A stretch of 64,000 bases of DNA, from IMG/VR virus record IMGVR_UViG_3300037467_001303, positions 1-64,000 of that record; one strand, given 5' to 3'. The stretch's first letter is position 1; every line of letters begins with the position of its first letter. The notes under the pieces were generated by a model, which was not told where the DNA came from, did not search any database, and saw only the letters and a program-made list of their open reading frames with translations. This DNA comes from a virus. Shown one piece after another: positions 27,020-35,500 of the stretch. The translations under genes and the position numbers were made by a program.

Positions 27020-28022
27020 TTGGTGCGGCCTCGTCATCGTCGGGCGGTTCGGGCGCCCGCACCACGTGAACCAGCACATCACCCCTGCCCTTGTCGATCT
27101 TGACGCTTTCGAGCACGCCCTCTTTCTGCAGCTGGATCAGGGCGCTCTCGATGGTGCGCTTGTTCTCGCGCAGCTCGCCGTCCAGGTTCAGCATCTTGGC
27201 CAGCGACGACATCTTGACCGGGAACGGCTGCTGGTGGCTCATGAAGTAGGCCTGCAGGTTGCGCGCCGCGCCACGCGGCAGCTTGCGCCGCCGCTCGTAT
27301 GGGACCAGCGTCAGGTACGACCAGGCGAACAGGGCCACGATCTCGGCGTCGAGCGGGATCGTCCATTTCAGGTTGCCCTGCGGGATGTCGTCGACCACCT
27401 CGACGCCTTCGGCATCGAACAGCACCTTGCTGCCGATCATCGACATCATGATTCCCGACACCGCCTCGTCCTCGCCTGCCTCGTCGCTGTCGGTGCGCAT
27501 CATGGCCGCATACAGGCTGGCCAGCTCCTCGTCGGAGGCGCCGCTGCGCCGCGCCTGCTCGTAGGCCCTGGCCTTCTTGAGGCGCGGCGAGAACACCGTC
27601 AGCGCGGTCGCCTTCATCCGCTGGATCGACTTGTAGATCTCGGTGTAGTAGTCCTGCCCGATGCGCCAACCCACCAGCCGGCAGATCTCCGAGCTGGTGA
27701 TGTGCAGGACGATGTTCTCGCCCGGGTAGTCGCGCACCGCGTGCGCCAGGGCCAGCCAGATGTCCTGGTCATTGCTGCGCAGTTCCTCGCCGCTGTAGGT
27801 CATGACCGATTTGCCGAGCGTGAACAGGCGCTCGTTGGTGTAATGGTGCCGCGGCGTCTTCGGATTGCGACACGAAAACAACGAGCAACGGGCGATTTCG
27901 TTGGCGACCGCCCGATACTTGTTCGGCCAGACCGACATCTTGGTCGGCGCCACCTTCTTCATTTCCTCTTTGGCCGAGTTCTTGAAAAGGGTGAGTTGTC
28001 GTTTGTAGTGCGGGTCGTCCAC
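27000..28022 (-). CDS. trfA: TrfA-family plasmid replication initiator
   Basis: RAVANEIARCSLF..YSGEELRSNDQDIWLAL; adjacent to the iterons. Confidence 0.8.
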   Translation of the reverse strand: MDDPHYKRQLTLFKNSAKEEMKKVAPTKMSVWPNKYRAVANEIARCSLFSCRNPKTPRHHYTNERLFTLGKSVMTYSGEELRSNDQDIWLALAHAVRDYPGENIVLHITSSEICRLVGWRIGQDYYTEIYKSIQRMKATALTVFSPRLKKARAYEQARRSGASDEELASLYAAMMRTDSDEAGEDEAVSGIMMSMIGSKVLFDAEGVEVVDDIPQGNLKWTIPLDAEIVALFAWSYLTLVPYERRRKLPRGAARNLQAYFMSHQQPFPVKMSSLAKMLNLDGELRENKRTIESALIQLQKEGVLESVKIDKGRGDVLVHVVRAPEPPDDDEAAPTTTSPQ

Positions 28023-28053
28023 TGCGGCTCCACTCGAATGTCTGGCAGGTCGT

Positions 28054-28407
28054 TTATGCGCTATCGCCGATCAGGAACTGCGACCGATCCTTGTCCTTGA
28101 TCCACCGTGGTACGGTGCCCAGGCCGCTCCAGGTCTTGCCCGATTCCGGGTCGCGGTACTTGGGCACGCCGGCGCCAGGGAACGGGCGGCGCGGCGCCGT
28201 TTCCATGGCCAGCAAGGCCTCGGGCGACATGCCCACGCTCAGGGCGATCTTCATGATTCGGGCGCGCGCCTCGGAAATGGCCTCTTCGCGGCGCTTGGCG
28301 ATGTGCCCGGCCAGCAGCTGCTGCAGGGATTCCAGATAAGGCAGTTCGAGAGACTCGATCAGTGGCAGTACGTCGGCCAGCGCGGCCTGGTGGGGTGTTT
28401 GACTCAT
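28054..28407 (-). CDS. H-NS family protein (atypical DNA-binding motif)
   Basis: Helical N-terminus, then PKYRDPESGKTWSGLGTVPRWI; start reassigned to 28407. Confidence 0.85.
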   Translation of the reverse strand: MSQTPHQAALADVLPLIESLELPYLESLQQLLAGHIAKRREEAISEARARIMKIALSVGMSPEALLAMETAPRRPFPGAGVPKYRDPESGKTWSGLGTVPRWIKDKDRSQFLIGDSA

Positions 28408-28676
28408 GATTCGGTAGGTTGCGGGTTGATGAGGTGGTCGGGTACGGTGCCCAGGTGGAAAAACAGCGCGGCCGCCATCGCGGCCTGGCGACGGCTCAGG
28501 CCGGGAGGATCTTCCTCCTCCCCGCCGAAGCAGAAGCAGCGCATCTTCTGGTGCCCGACCGAGCCGATCGCGGCGCGCAGGCCGCACTCGTAATGGGTCG
28601 GCCGGACGTAGTTCGGGGCGCGGCGGTCGTCGTTCAGGACGGGTTCCTCGCACCAGTCGCAGATCGGCGCGCTCAC
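28404..28676 (-). CDS. Small Cys/His-containing hypothetical protein
   Basis: GTG start; CDWC..HYEC..H..C.C. Confidence 0.6.
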   Translation of the reverse strand: MSAPICDWCEEPVLNDDRRAPNYVRPTHYECGLRAAIGSVGHQKMRCFCFGGEEEDPPGLSRRQAAMAAALFFHLGTVPDHLINPQPTES

Positions 28677-29020
28677 GTCTTCTGCTCCAGCTCGGCGATG
28701 CGGGCGCGGGCGGTGGCCAGCGCGGCCTGCTGCTCGCGGATCGTGGTCAGGAATTCGCCGTGCTCGCGGCTGATTTCCCACACGCGCGGCTGCTCGGCGT
28801 GGAACACGGCCAGCTCGCGCTGCGCCGCCTCCAGTCTGGCCTGCAGCTGCCTGCGGTCTTCGTCCAGGCCGTGCTCGGCGTGCCATGCCGTGCCGGCATA
28901 GAAGGCGTTCATCACGTCGGTCTTGATGCACTCGCGGTCGTCGTCGTCGTACGCGCTCGCGTGTTCCTCGGCCGCGTCGATCAGCGCGTTGGTGTAGGGA
29001 TCGGTCGGTTCAGGGGTCAT
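28673..29020 (-). CDS. Hypothetical coiled-coil protein
   Basis: Coupled 115-aa ORF. Confidence 0.65.
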   Translation of the reverse strand: MTPEPTDPYTNALIDAAEEHASAYDDDDRECIKTDVMNAFYAGTAWHAEHGLDEDRRQLQARLEAAQRELAVFHAEQPRVWEISREHGEFLTTIREQQAALATARARIAELEQKT

Positions 29021-29343
29021 TGCCTATCTCCTTGCGGGAAACTGTCGGGGTTGTCGCGCCAGGCGATCATCTGGGCGCCCTGCACGATGGTATCGGCGCG
29101 CACCGCGCGCCACGCGTTGGCGGCATCGCGCAGGCGCTCGTAGTCGAATTCGTCGGCACCAGGCAAGGTCACGGCGACATACGCGTTGGCCAACGCCGCG
29201 GCCGTCCTGGCCAGCTCGGCCACGTCGTGGGTCGACCAGGAACAGTCCTCGGGCGGGCGCCCGCGCAGCGCGTTCACGCTCTCTTCGAGGATCTCGCCCA
29301 TGGCGATCACGTTGTGCCGCAGCAGTGTCACTTCGTCGTTCAT
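29017..29343 (-). CDS. Hypothetical protein
   Basis: Coupled 108-aa ORF. Confidence 0.65.
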   Translation of the reverse strand: MNDEVTLLRHNVIAMGEILEESVNALRGRPPEDCSWSTHDVAELARTAAALANAYVAVTLPGADEFDYERLRDAANAWRAVRADTIVQGAQMIAWRDNPDSFPQGDRQ

Positions 29344-29570
29344 ATCCAGCTCTCCACGATGGATGGCCGGTCGCCCGGCTGGCGCACCACCCGGTGCAGG
29401 CCGGGCGGCAACTGAGCACGCACCCCGTCCAGGGTGTCCGCAACGAGGATGTCGGCAGTCACGGCCAGCCCGCCGCCCGTCGTGACTTCATGGCGGCGGC
29501 CCACGAAGTGCTCAGGGAAGTCCGCCGGGTGGCGGTACACGGTCCAGATCGACATCAGTGCGCCGCTCAC
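29340..29570 (-). CDS. Hypothetical phage protein
   Basis: IWTVYRHPADFP..IVESWI; start is GTG 29570 or ATG 29555. Confidence 0.65.
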   Translation of the reverse strand: MSGALMSIWTVYRHPADFPEHFVGRRHEVTTGGGLAVTADILVADTLDGVRAQLPPGLHRVVRQPGDRPSIVESWI

Positions 29571-29746
29571 GCCGTCGCCCTCATGACGATGCGCGTGATG
29601 CGTGCGGCTGCCATGCCGGCCAGCAGGGCGCCGCCGAATGTCGCCAGGCTGGACCAGGGATCGGTCCACTGCCACGATGCGGTCGAGATCGTGGTGCCGC
29701 CCAGCACCGCGATCAGCAGCAGCTTGGTTTCAAGTACCTGGTTCAA
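29567..29746 (-). CDS. Small 2-TM membrane protein (59 aa, not in the ORF track)
   Basis: TTG start and coupled at both ends; two hydrophobic stretches. Confidence 0.55.
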   Translation of the reverse strand: MNQVLETKLLLIAVLGGTTISTASWQWTDPWSSLATFGGALLAGMAAARITRIVMRATA

Positions 29747-30003
29747 TGCATGCCTCCGTCGGGGGTTTGCTTGACCGTGATGTCGGACACCTCGCCGCCA
29801 AAGCCGGCGGCGAAGCGGTTCAGCGCTTTCTCGGCCAGTTCCTGGACCGAGCCGTCGCCGCGCTGGTGGGCGTGCTCGACGAACCCGCGCGCGAGGCTGC
29901 CGAACAGGTACAGCGCTTCGCCCGGCGAGACCTGCAGCTCCTTGCCCAGCAGGGCAACGCGGCGCACGAACTCGGTGTATTTCTCTTCCTTGTCGTCGCT
30001 CAT
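29743..30003 (-). CDS. Small helical protein, paralog 1 of 3
   Basis: LFGSLAR...FAAGFG; start reassigned to 30003. Confidence 0.7.
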   Translation of the reverse strand: MSDDKEEKYTEFVRRVALLGKELQVSPGEALYLFGSLARGFVEHAHQRGDGSVQELAEKALNRFAAGFGGEVSDITVKQTPDGGMH

Positions 30004-30269
30004 CAATGCACCTGCTCCTGGTCGCCCGCCTGCATGCTGAAGCCCAGGCCTTCCATCAGGAAGCCGACCACGTAGTGCATGGCCTCGTCCTCGTCGGTCC
30101 CGTTGTCGGTGTACATCTTGGCGATGCTCTTGGCGATCAGGCCGAACGTGATCAGGCACTGCCCGAACGGCATGCCGGACTGCTCGGCCAGGTCGAGCAC
30201 GTCACGCATGAACTTGCGCACGACCTCGTTGGGCTGTGGCGTCGTGCCCTTGGGGAGATCCATCAACAT
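30003..30269 (-). CDS. Small helical protein, paralog 2 of 3
   Basis: TFGLIAK...LMEGLG. Confidence 0.7.
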   Translation of the reverse strand: MLMDLPKGTTPQPNEVVRKFMRDVLDLAEQSGMPFGQCLITFGLIAKSIAKMYTDNGTDEDEAMHYVVGFLMEGLGFSMQAGDQEQVH

Positions 30270-30276
30270 GGTGCCC

Positions 30277-30597
30277 TCACTGCAGCGGGTGGTCGCCGGA
30301 CTCGCGCTCGACCGCGGCCTTGAACTGCGCGGCCACCTCGCCCTCCATCTTCACCATGGCCGCCTTCAGGCCCAGGCCTTCGGCGAACGCGTCGAATACC
30401 TGCCCGGTGATGCTGGCTTCCTCGGCGCCCGCCTCGACCTCGATCTCGACCACGCGGCGCGCGAAAAAGCCGAACAGCGTGATGGCGAACTTCGGCGGGA
30501 TCTCCAGCTTCGTCATGGCCGTGCCGATCGTCTCCAGGAATTCCTGGGCGGCCAGCGCGGTTTCGTGTTCGGTGCGTTCTTTCTTGTTGTCAGTCAT
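30277..30597 (-). CDS. Small helical protein, paralog 3 of 3
   Basis: LFGFFAR...FAEGLG; start reassigned to 30597. Confidence 0.7.
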   Translation of the reverse strand: MTDNKKERTEHETALAAQEFLETIGTAMTKLEIPPKFAITLFGFFARRVVEIEVEAGAEEASITGQVFDAFAEGLGLKAAMVKMEGEVAAQFKAAVERESGDHPLQ

Positions 30598-31019
30598 GCT
30601 CGCCACTTTCCTTGTTTGGCAATATGGTAGGGAGGGACGCGCCACTTCATGCAGACGGCGAGGCACGCCAGGGACAGCACAGCCAGCGCCCATTGGCCGT
30701 CGAGAGTGTAGGTGATGACGCCGATCGCGTTCATCGCGCCCACCGCCCACTGGCCGTACCACCAGAACAGCGGGTGCCCGATCACTTTCGGGCGCCGCAT
30801 CGGCGGCAGCGGCGTGTGCGGCTCGCCCTCCAGCCGGCAGATCTCGGCCAGCACGGCGTCGGCCTGGAACAGCAGGCGCTTGCCGCGATTGTGCTCCAGC
30901 ATCTTCCAGAGGATGAAGCGGTCCGGCTTGTAGATCCGGTTCATTTCGTCGATCAGCACGGCCATCACGCCGTGCAGGTAGGCCAGCCGGCGCTCGCGGT
31001 CCAGTTGTTCGTCGCTCAT
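30594..31019 (-). CDS. Hypothetical membrane protein
   Basis: Start 31019; two C-terminal TMs. Confidence 0.6.
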   Translation of the reverse strand: MSDEQLDRERRLAYLHGVMAVLIDEMNRIYKPDRFILWKMLEHNRGKRLLFQADAVLAEICRLEGEPHTPLPPMRRPKVIGHPLFWWYGQWAVGAMNAIGVITYTLDGQWALAVLSLACLAVCMKWRVPPYHIAKQGKWRA

Positions 31020-31168
31020 GCGCCGCTCCGTGCGATGTGCTCGGCCAGCGCCTCGTTCACCAGGTCTTCCAGCGAGCAGCCGAGGATGCGCGCCTGGCAC
31101 GCGAGCCGGCAGATGATCGGCCATGGCATCGTCAGCGTCATGTCGATGTCGGGTTCGGGGATGTTCAT
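31016..31168 (-). CDS. Small RHH/CopG-like protein (50 aa, not in the ORF track)
   Basis: MTLTMPWPIICRLACQARILGCSLEDLVNEAL; coupled at both ends. Confidence 0.5.
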   Translation of the reverse strand: MNIPEPDIDMTLTMPWPIICRLACQARILGCSLEDLVNEALAEHIARSGA

Positions 31169-31491
31169 CAATGCCTCCTGACCGGCAGCACGATCGTCTG
31201 CGGGGTCTCGTCGTCCTTGGTCTTCACCGTGCGCACCAGTTCGGCCGGCATGCTCATCACTTCGAGGAACTGCAGCGTCATCGCCCGGCGCGCGTCGTCG
31301 AGCTTGATGGCCGGGTTGTCGCTCATCGCCACGGCGGCCACGCCGCGACAGGCGACGGCGGCGGCCAACACCATGTTCAGCCAGGTGAGGTCGGGGTTGG
31401 CGCGCCCGGCCGCCGTCATCGCGTCGGTCAGGGTGGCGGCCAGCCGCATCATCGCCTCGGCATGCGCCGGGTCCAGTTGATCGTCGTTCAT
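31168..31491 (-). CDS. Hypothetical protein
   Basis: Start reassigned to 31491 (MNDDQL...). Confidence 0.65.
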   Translation of the reverse strand: MNDDQLDPAHAEAMMRLAATLTDAMTAAGRANPDLTWLNMVLAAAVACRGVAAVAMSDNPAIKLDDARRAMTLQFLEVMSMPAELVRTVKTKDDETPQTIVLPVRRH

Positions 31492-31859
31492 TTCAGGGTT
31501 CCCAGTGCAGCGAGGCCGACGAAGATGTCCGGCGGACGCGGGATCTCCGCGCCGGTCGGGCGCCACAGGTGCAGGCAGTACGGGTGGTTGGAGATCCACG
31601 ACGATTTCGGCGGATGCAGCTGCATCACCGTGTCCTCGGGGTCCCAGAACAGGTCCTTGACCGCACACATTTCTTCCCACAGCGGACAACGGTCCTGCCG
31701 GGAGACAGACACGTGCTCCCAGCCCAGCTGGTCCGAGCAGACGACCTGCAGGGTCTGGTTGCGTGCCAGCTTGACCTGGAAGTGGCCGTTATTGCCGGCC
31801 TCGGCGGTGGTGCCGTAGATGCCGGTGGCAACGCGGAAACGCTCAGGAACTTTGAACAT
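31488..31859 (-). CDS. Conserved phage protein (WEHVSVS / HPYCLHLW motifs)
   Basis: GWEHVSVS..RCPLWEEMCAVKDLFW..NHPYCLHLW. Confidence 0.75.
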   Translation of the reverse strand: MFKVPERFRVATGIYGTTAEAGNNGHFQVKLARNQTLQVVCSDQLGWEHVSVSRQDRCPLWEEMCAVKDLFWDPEDTVMQLHPPKSSWISNHPYCLHLWRPTGAEIPRPPDIFVGLAALGTLK

Positions 31860-31983
31860 TGGCAGTCTGGAATGTAACGACGGGTCTAAATGGTAGTGCG
31901 TAAAGGTGCATCTATGCAACCTGTGTTTCCGCAGTGTCCCAGAGTGGAAACAACTGCGGCGCCCTGTTACTTTTGGTGATTTT

Positions 31984-32913
31984 TCAGGCGGCCACAAGCA
32001 GCTCGGAAAGATGCGTCTCGATCAGCTTGTGCAGGCGGTCGTAGTCGAGGTTGCCGGAGACGCGCGCGCCGTCGCTGGTGACGACCAGGCGCACACCGTT
32101 GCCCAGTTCCATGTCCTTCCTCGGCTTCCTGGCGCGCGGGTTCGCCTTGTCCTCGATCCAGGCCGGCACTGAGGCTTGTGTCAGCTTTTCCTGCGACAGC
32201 AGGACCAGCGCGTCGAACACCAGATTGGCATGTCGCGGGCAGTAGGATTTGAGCTTGTGGGCGAGGTTGTAGCCGATCAGGTTCGGGTGGTCGTCGAGCA
32301 GATCCTGGACGGCCTGCGGCAGCTCGCCGAAGCCATCGAGCATCTGGACGATGGTGCGGTTCTTGTTCAGCACCCGCGCCGCCTCGACGTTGCTGGCGAC
32401 GGCGTTTTCTTTGCGCAGCATCACCAGGTGCTTGTAGAGTTCCCAGTCCCCCAGCCCCTTGCGGATGGTGTTCTCGCTGGTGAGCGCCCGCGCAGCCTCG
32501 GCATCGGACAGGTGGCGCACGAAGCCGCGAATTTCGTCGCGGCCGAGGATGCCGAAGGCGTCCACGCGGTGGTGGCCGGCGACCAGCTCATACAGCGGAA
32601 GGGCAGGATCGGGGGGTGTTATAGTATAACACTCAGCAATTTCAGTCCCGGCCGGCAGCGGGCGCACGATGATCGGATCGAGCAGGCCTTCGGCACGGAT
32701 GCTTTCGACCAGGTTCTCCAGGTAGACCTCGTCGCGCTTGCCGCGCGACTGGAAGCGTGACCGCACCAGCTGGGACAGCTTGAGCATTTCCGCCGCGCCT
32801 GCCTCCCGGCCCATCGTGCCCAGGACCGTGCCGCCAAGACCGGCGCCACCGGCTGCCGGCCCACCTCGACGCGCCACCTGTTCGGCCATTTGCTGTTCGA
32901 GCTTACTCGGCAT
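31984..32913 (-). CDS. parB: ParB partition protein
   Basis: LVESIRAEGLLDPIIVR...YELVAGHHR...ENTIRKGL; downstream of parA. Confidence 0.92.
   Translation of the reverse strand: MPSKLEQQMAEQVARRGGPAAGGAGLGGTVLGTMGREAGAAEMLKLSQLVRSRFQSRGKRDEVYLENLVESIRAEGLLDPIIVRPLPAGTEIAECYTITPPDPALPLYELVAGHHRVDAFGILGRDEIRGFVRHLSDAEAARALTSENTIRKGLGDWELYKHLVMLRKENAVASNVEAARVLNKNRTIVQMLDGFGELPQAVQDLLDDHPNLIGYNLAHKLKSYCPRHANLVFDALVLLSQEKLTQASVPAWIEDKANPRARKPRKDMELGNGVRLVVTSDGARVSGNLDYDRLHKLIETHLSELLVAA
32616..32632. promoter_or_regulatory. parS candidate inside parB
   Basis: Palindrome GTGTTATAGTATAACAC. Confidence 0.75.
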
Positions 32914-33700
32914 GGGCAACCTCCTTCGCTTGCACGCCGATCTTCGCCATGACTTCGCGCGCCAGGTCGACCACGGCGCGCGTGACGGTGTGATCCTTGT
33001 CGAATTGCAGGATGGTCTTGTTCAGGATCTGACCCTTCTGGACATCGGTGCTGGCCGGAATGGTCGTCTCGAACACCTCGTCATACGAGGCGCGCACGCC
33101 GTTGGCGATGATGCGGCACACGGTCTTGCGGCCGTCGTGCATGGTCAGCAGAGCGCCGCCCAGTGTCAGCCGTGGGTTGATGTTGCGGGCCTCGCTGATG
33201 AAGGCCAGCGTGTCGTCGCTTCCGGTGAGGGAGAGCTTGGAACCGGACTCGACCGGCACGATCGCCATGTCGGCGGCGGCCAGCGCATTGGCGGTGAGGC
33301 CGCCCAGCGATGGCGGGCAGTCCAGGATGATGATGTCGTACACGTCCTCCACGCTCTTGAGCTTTTGCGAGAGCAGGCGCGTCGAGGTGAACGGGTTGTT
33401 CTGGATCGTGCGCTCCAGGTTGGCCAGCTTGATCGTCGATCCAAGCAGGTGGACCCCGCGAACGTTGGTCGACGTGATGATCCCTTCGGCGATCGTCGCC
33501 TCGCTGGACAGCACTCTCTCGATCGGCGCCGGCGGCGACTGCTCGAACGAATACACCAGCTTGGTGGCGTTGGCCTGCGGGTCCAGGTCGCACAGCAGGA
33601 CGTTCTGCCCTTCGCGGGCCAGTGCATCGGACAGGTTGACGCTGGTGAAGGTCTTGCCGACCCCGCCCTTGTGCGTGACTACCGCAATGATCTTTGCCAT
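32903..33700 (-). CDS. parA: ParA (Walker-type) partition ATPase
   Basis: KGGVGKT, DLDPQANAT, IILDCPPS. Confidence 0.95.
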   Translation of the reverse strand: MAKIIAVVTHKGGVGKTFTSVNLSDALAREGQNVLLCDLDPQANATKLVYSFEQSPPAPIERVLSSEATIAEGIITSTNVRGVHLLGSTIKLANLERTIQNNPFTSTRLLSQKLKSVEDVYDIIILDCPPSLGGLTANALAAADMAIVPVESGSKLSLTGSDDTLAFISEARNINPRLTLGGALLTMHDGRKTVCRIIANGVRASYDEVFETTIPASTDVQKGQILNKTILQFDKDHTVTRAVVDLAREVMAKIGVQAKEVAHAE

Positions 33701-33721
33701 GTGAGATCCTCTTGAATGAAC

Positions 33722-33754
33722 AAGCGGAAATTATCTCACGAAAAGCGGAAATTA
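33722..33754. promoter_or_regulatory. Direct repeat upstream of parA (candidate operator)
   Basis: AAGCGGAAATTA at 33722 and 33743 (21-bp spacing). Confidence 0.5.
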
Positions 33755-33770
33755 CCTAGGAGACATTATC

Positions 33771-33793
33771 GGGGTGTTATACTATAACACCCC
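33771..33793. promoter_or_regulatory. parS candidate upstream of parA
   Basis: Perfect palindrome GGGGTGTTATA-C-TATAACACCCC. Confidence 0.75.
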
Positions 33794-33809
33794 GTCGCCG
33801 CCGCGCCTG

Positions 33810-34475
33810 TCAGGCCGCGGTTGCCAGGTACATCGCGGTCAGGGTCTCGCGCAGGTTGTCGATGTCGCCGTTGACCAGCATCGGCTCCTGGCCGATCCCG
33901 CGCAGCAGCTGGACCGTCTTGGGATGGGCGTGGCGCGTCATGACGAGCACCTTGTGGTACAGCTTGAGCGATTCCAGTTTCGGCATGGCGTTGGCGTAGT
34001 CGAGCAGCATCAGCTTGAACTCGTTGCCGAACTCCTTCTCGATCGTGCGGTGGTGGATCACCGGCAGCGCGACCACGGCCACGCGGCGCCGGAACCCGCT
34101 GACCTTCTCCGATGCGGCACTGGCCAGCGCGGTGCGCGGGTGGCGCGCCGGTTCGGAAGTCGCTTCGGCGGACGGCGCACTGTCGACGATCGACAGGTGC
34201 GGCAGCTCGGCCTGCGCCGGCGGTTCCGGCGCGACCGGCACCGGCGCTTCGCCCTTGAGGCCGGCCAGCCAGCCGGCGTAGCCGCCCAGGCGCCACAGCT
34301 CCCACTTGGCCAGCAGGGTGGCCTGCGTGCCGTTGGGATCGCTGATCCCGTTCTCGGCCATGAACCGTTCGATGTCCTGCCGGACCGTCAGGTTGTAGTC
34401 GCAGAACTCGGCTTCTTCAAGATTGCGGTGGACCTGGCCGTCGGCGGACAGGTATGCAGTGATGGACGTGACCAA
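33810..34475 (-). CDS. Protein with a C-terminal DUF2325-like domain
   Basis: HKVLVMTRHAH..MLVNGDI resembles the C-terminus of 24710..26440. Confidence 0.7.
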   Translation of the reverse strand: MVTSITAYLSADGQVHRNLEEAEFCDYNLTVRQDIERFMAENGISDPNGTQATLLAKWELWRLGGYAGWLAGLKGEAPVPVAPEPPAQAELPHLSIVDSAPSAEATSEPARHPRTALASAASEKVSGFRRRVAVVALPVIHHRTIEKEFGNEFKLMLLDYANAMPKLESLKLYHKVLVMTRHAHPKTVQLLRGIGQEPMLVNGDIDNLRETLTAMYLATAA

Positions 34476-34649
34476 TGCCTACTCCTTGGCGGGACGGGGA
34501 AGCGGCAGGCCCGCCCGCATCGGGCATGCCGGGGTTGGGCGATGCAATATTGAACAACCAGTATTGCATATTTGAAACCAACTGTGTGGCGCCAGGCGGG
34601 TTTTTTACGGGCTTTTTACGGGTCGTGCCGGATGGGGCAGGCAAAAAAA

Positions 34650-34672
34650 GGGGTGTCATACTATAACACCCC
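34650..34672. promoter_or_regulatory. parS candidate
   Basis: GGGGTGTCATA-C-TATAACACCCC, one mismatch from the 33771 copy. Confidence 0.72.
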
Positions 34673-34678
34673 CCTGCA

Positions 34679-35221
34679 TCAGGCATGCTCGCGGTAGGCC
34701 CGCAACACCCGCTCCATGCCCGGCCTGCACTCCCTGAACTCGGGACAGATGCCGTTGCGGTACACGCACTCGGGCACCATGAAGCGCGCCAGGTCGGCGT
34801 CGACCTCCAGCATTTCCTTGCGCACGCGGCGCCAGGTGGCGACCGTCTTGCCGGACGCGTTGTAGCACAGGCGCTTGCGGCTCATGGTGATGATGGCCTG
34901 GGCGTTGAGCAGCATGCCGTGGTTGACCGGGGTGTTGCGGTTGACGACATCGTCGCCCGCCCCGCCCCGGTCGTCGCGCATGCTCTGCACGAAGTGCTCG
35001 ACGCCCTGCTTGTGGCGCACCAGGTGGACCGACACGAAGGTCGGGATCGCCGCCAGCTCGATCCAGAACATGCGCGCGCGGATCGGGCTGTGCTCGGTGC
35101 GATACCAGGCCTTCAAAGGCGCCTTCACCGGCTGGCCATGGGTCGTCATCTGGGCCGCGCGCTGCACCAGGGCCAGGTCGGTGACGGGCGTGATGGTGAT
35201 GGTGCGGCGCGTGCTCATCAA
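34679..35221 (-). CDS. thyX: ThyX-like FAD-dependent thymidylate synthase
   Basis: EHSPIR..PTFVSVHLVRH..QSMR..RLC..PECVYRNGICPE. Confidence 0.75.
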   Translation of the reverse strand: MMSTRRTITITPVTDLALVQRAAQMTTHGQPVKAPLKAWYRTEHSPIRARMFWIELAAIPTFVSVHLVRHKQGVEHFVQSMRDDRGGAGDDVVNRNTPVNHGMLLNAQAIITMSRKRLCYNASGKTVATWRRVRKEMLEVDADLARFMVPECVYRNGICPEFRECRPGMERVLRAYREHA

Positions 35222-35484
35222 TTGCCCAGCTCGGTGCCGTCCGGTTCCACCAGGTACAGCTTCGCGCGCAGCTCGTCGAGCGACAGGCCGGTGAAGTCGT
35301 GCGCGGCGATCAGGAAGGCCGGGCCGACCGGCACGCGGAAGTGGCGGAACTTCGAGAGCACCGGCGGCGGCACGCCCATGGTGCGCGACAGCTGGGCGTC
35401 GTTCTTGAGCTTCAGGTGCTCGTGCAGGAAATCCAGGAATCCGTTCGGGTCCTGCGGGCGCGGCGGGTTGATGCGTTTCGGCAT
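35218..35484 (-). CDS. Small XRE-like DNA-binding protein
   Basis: LKLKNDAQLSRTMGVPPPVLSKFRH..TGLSLDELR. Confidence 0.75.
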   Translation of the reverse strand: MPKRINPPRPQDPNGFLDFLHEHLKLKNDAQLSRTMGVPPPVLSKFRHFRVPVGPAFLIAAHDFTGLSLDELRAKLYLVEPDGTELGN

Positions 35485-35500
35485 GGTGATGCTCCTCTGG

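Noticed and set aside
26722-27082. Short ORFs across the origin (QPT/WAG repeats)
   Set aside because: They are translations of the iteron repeats.
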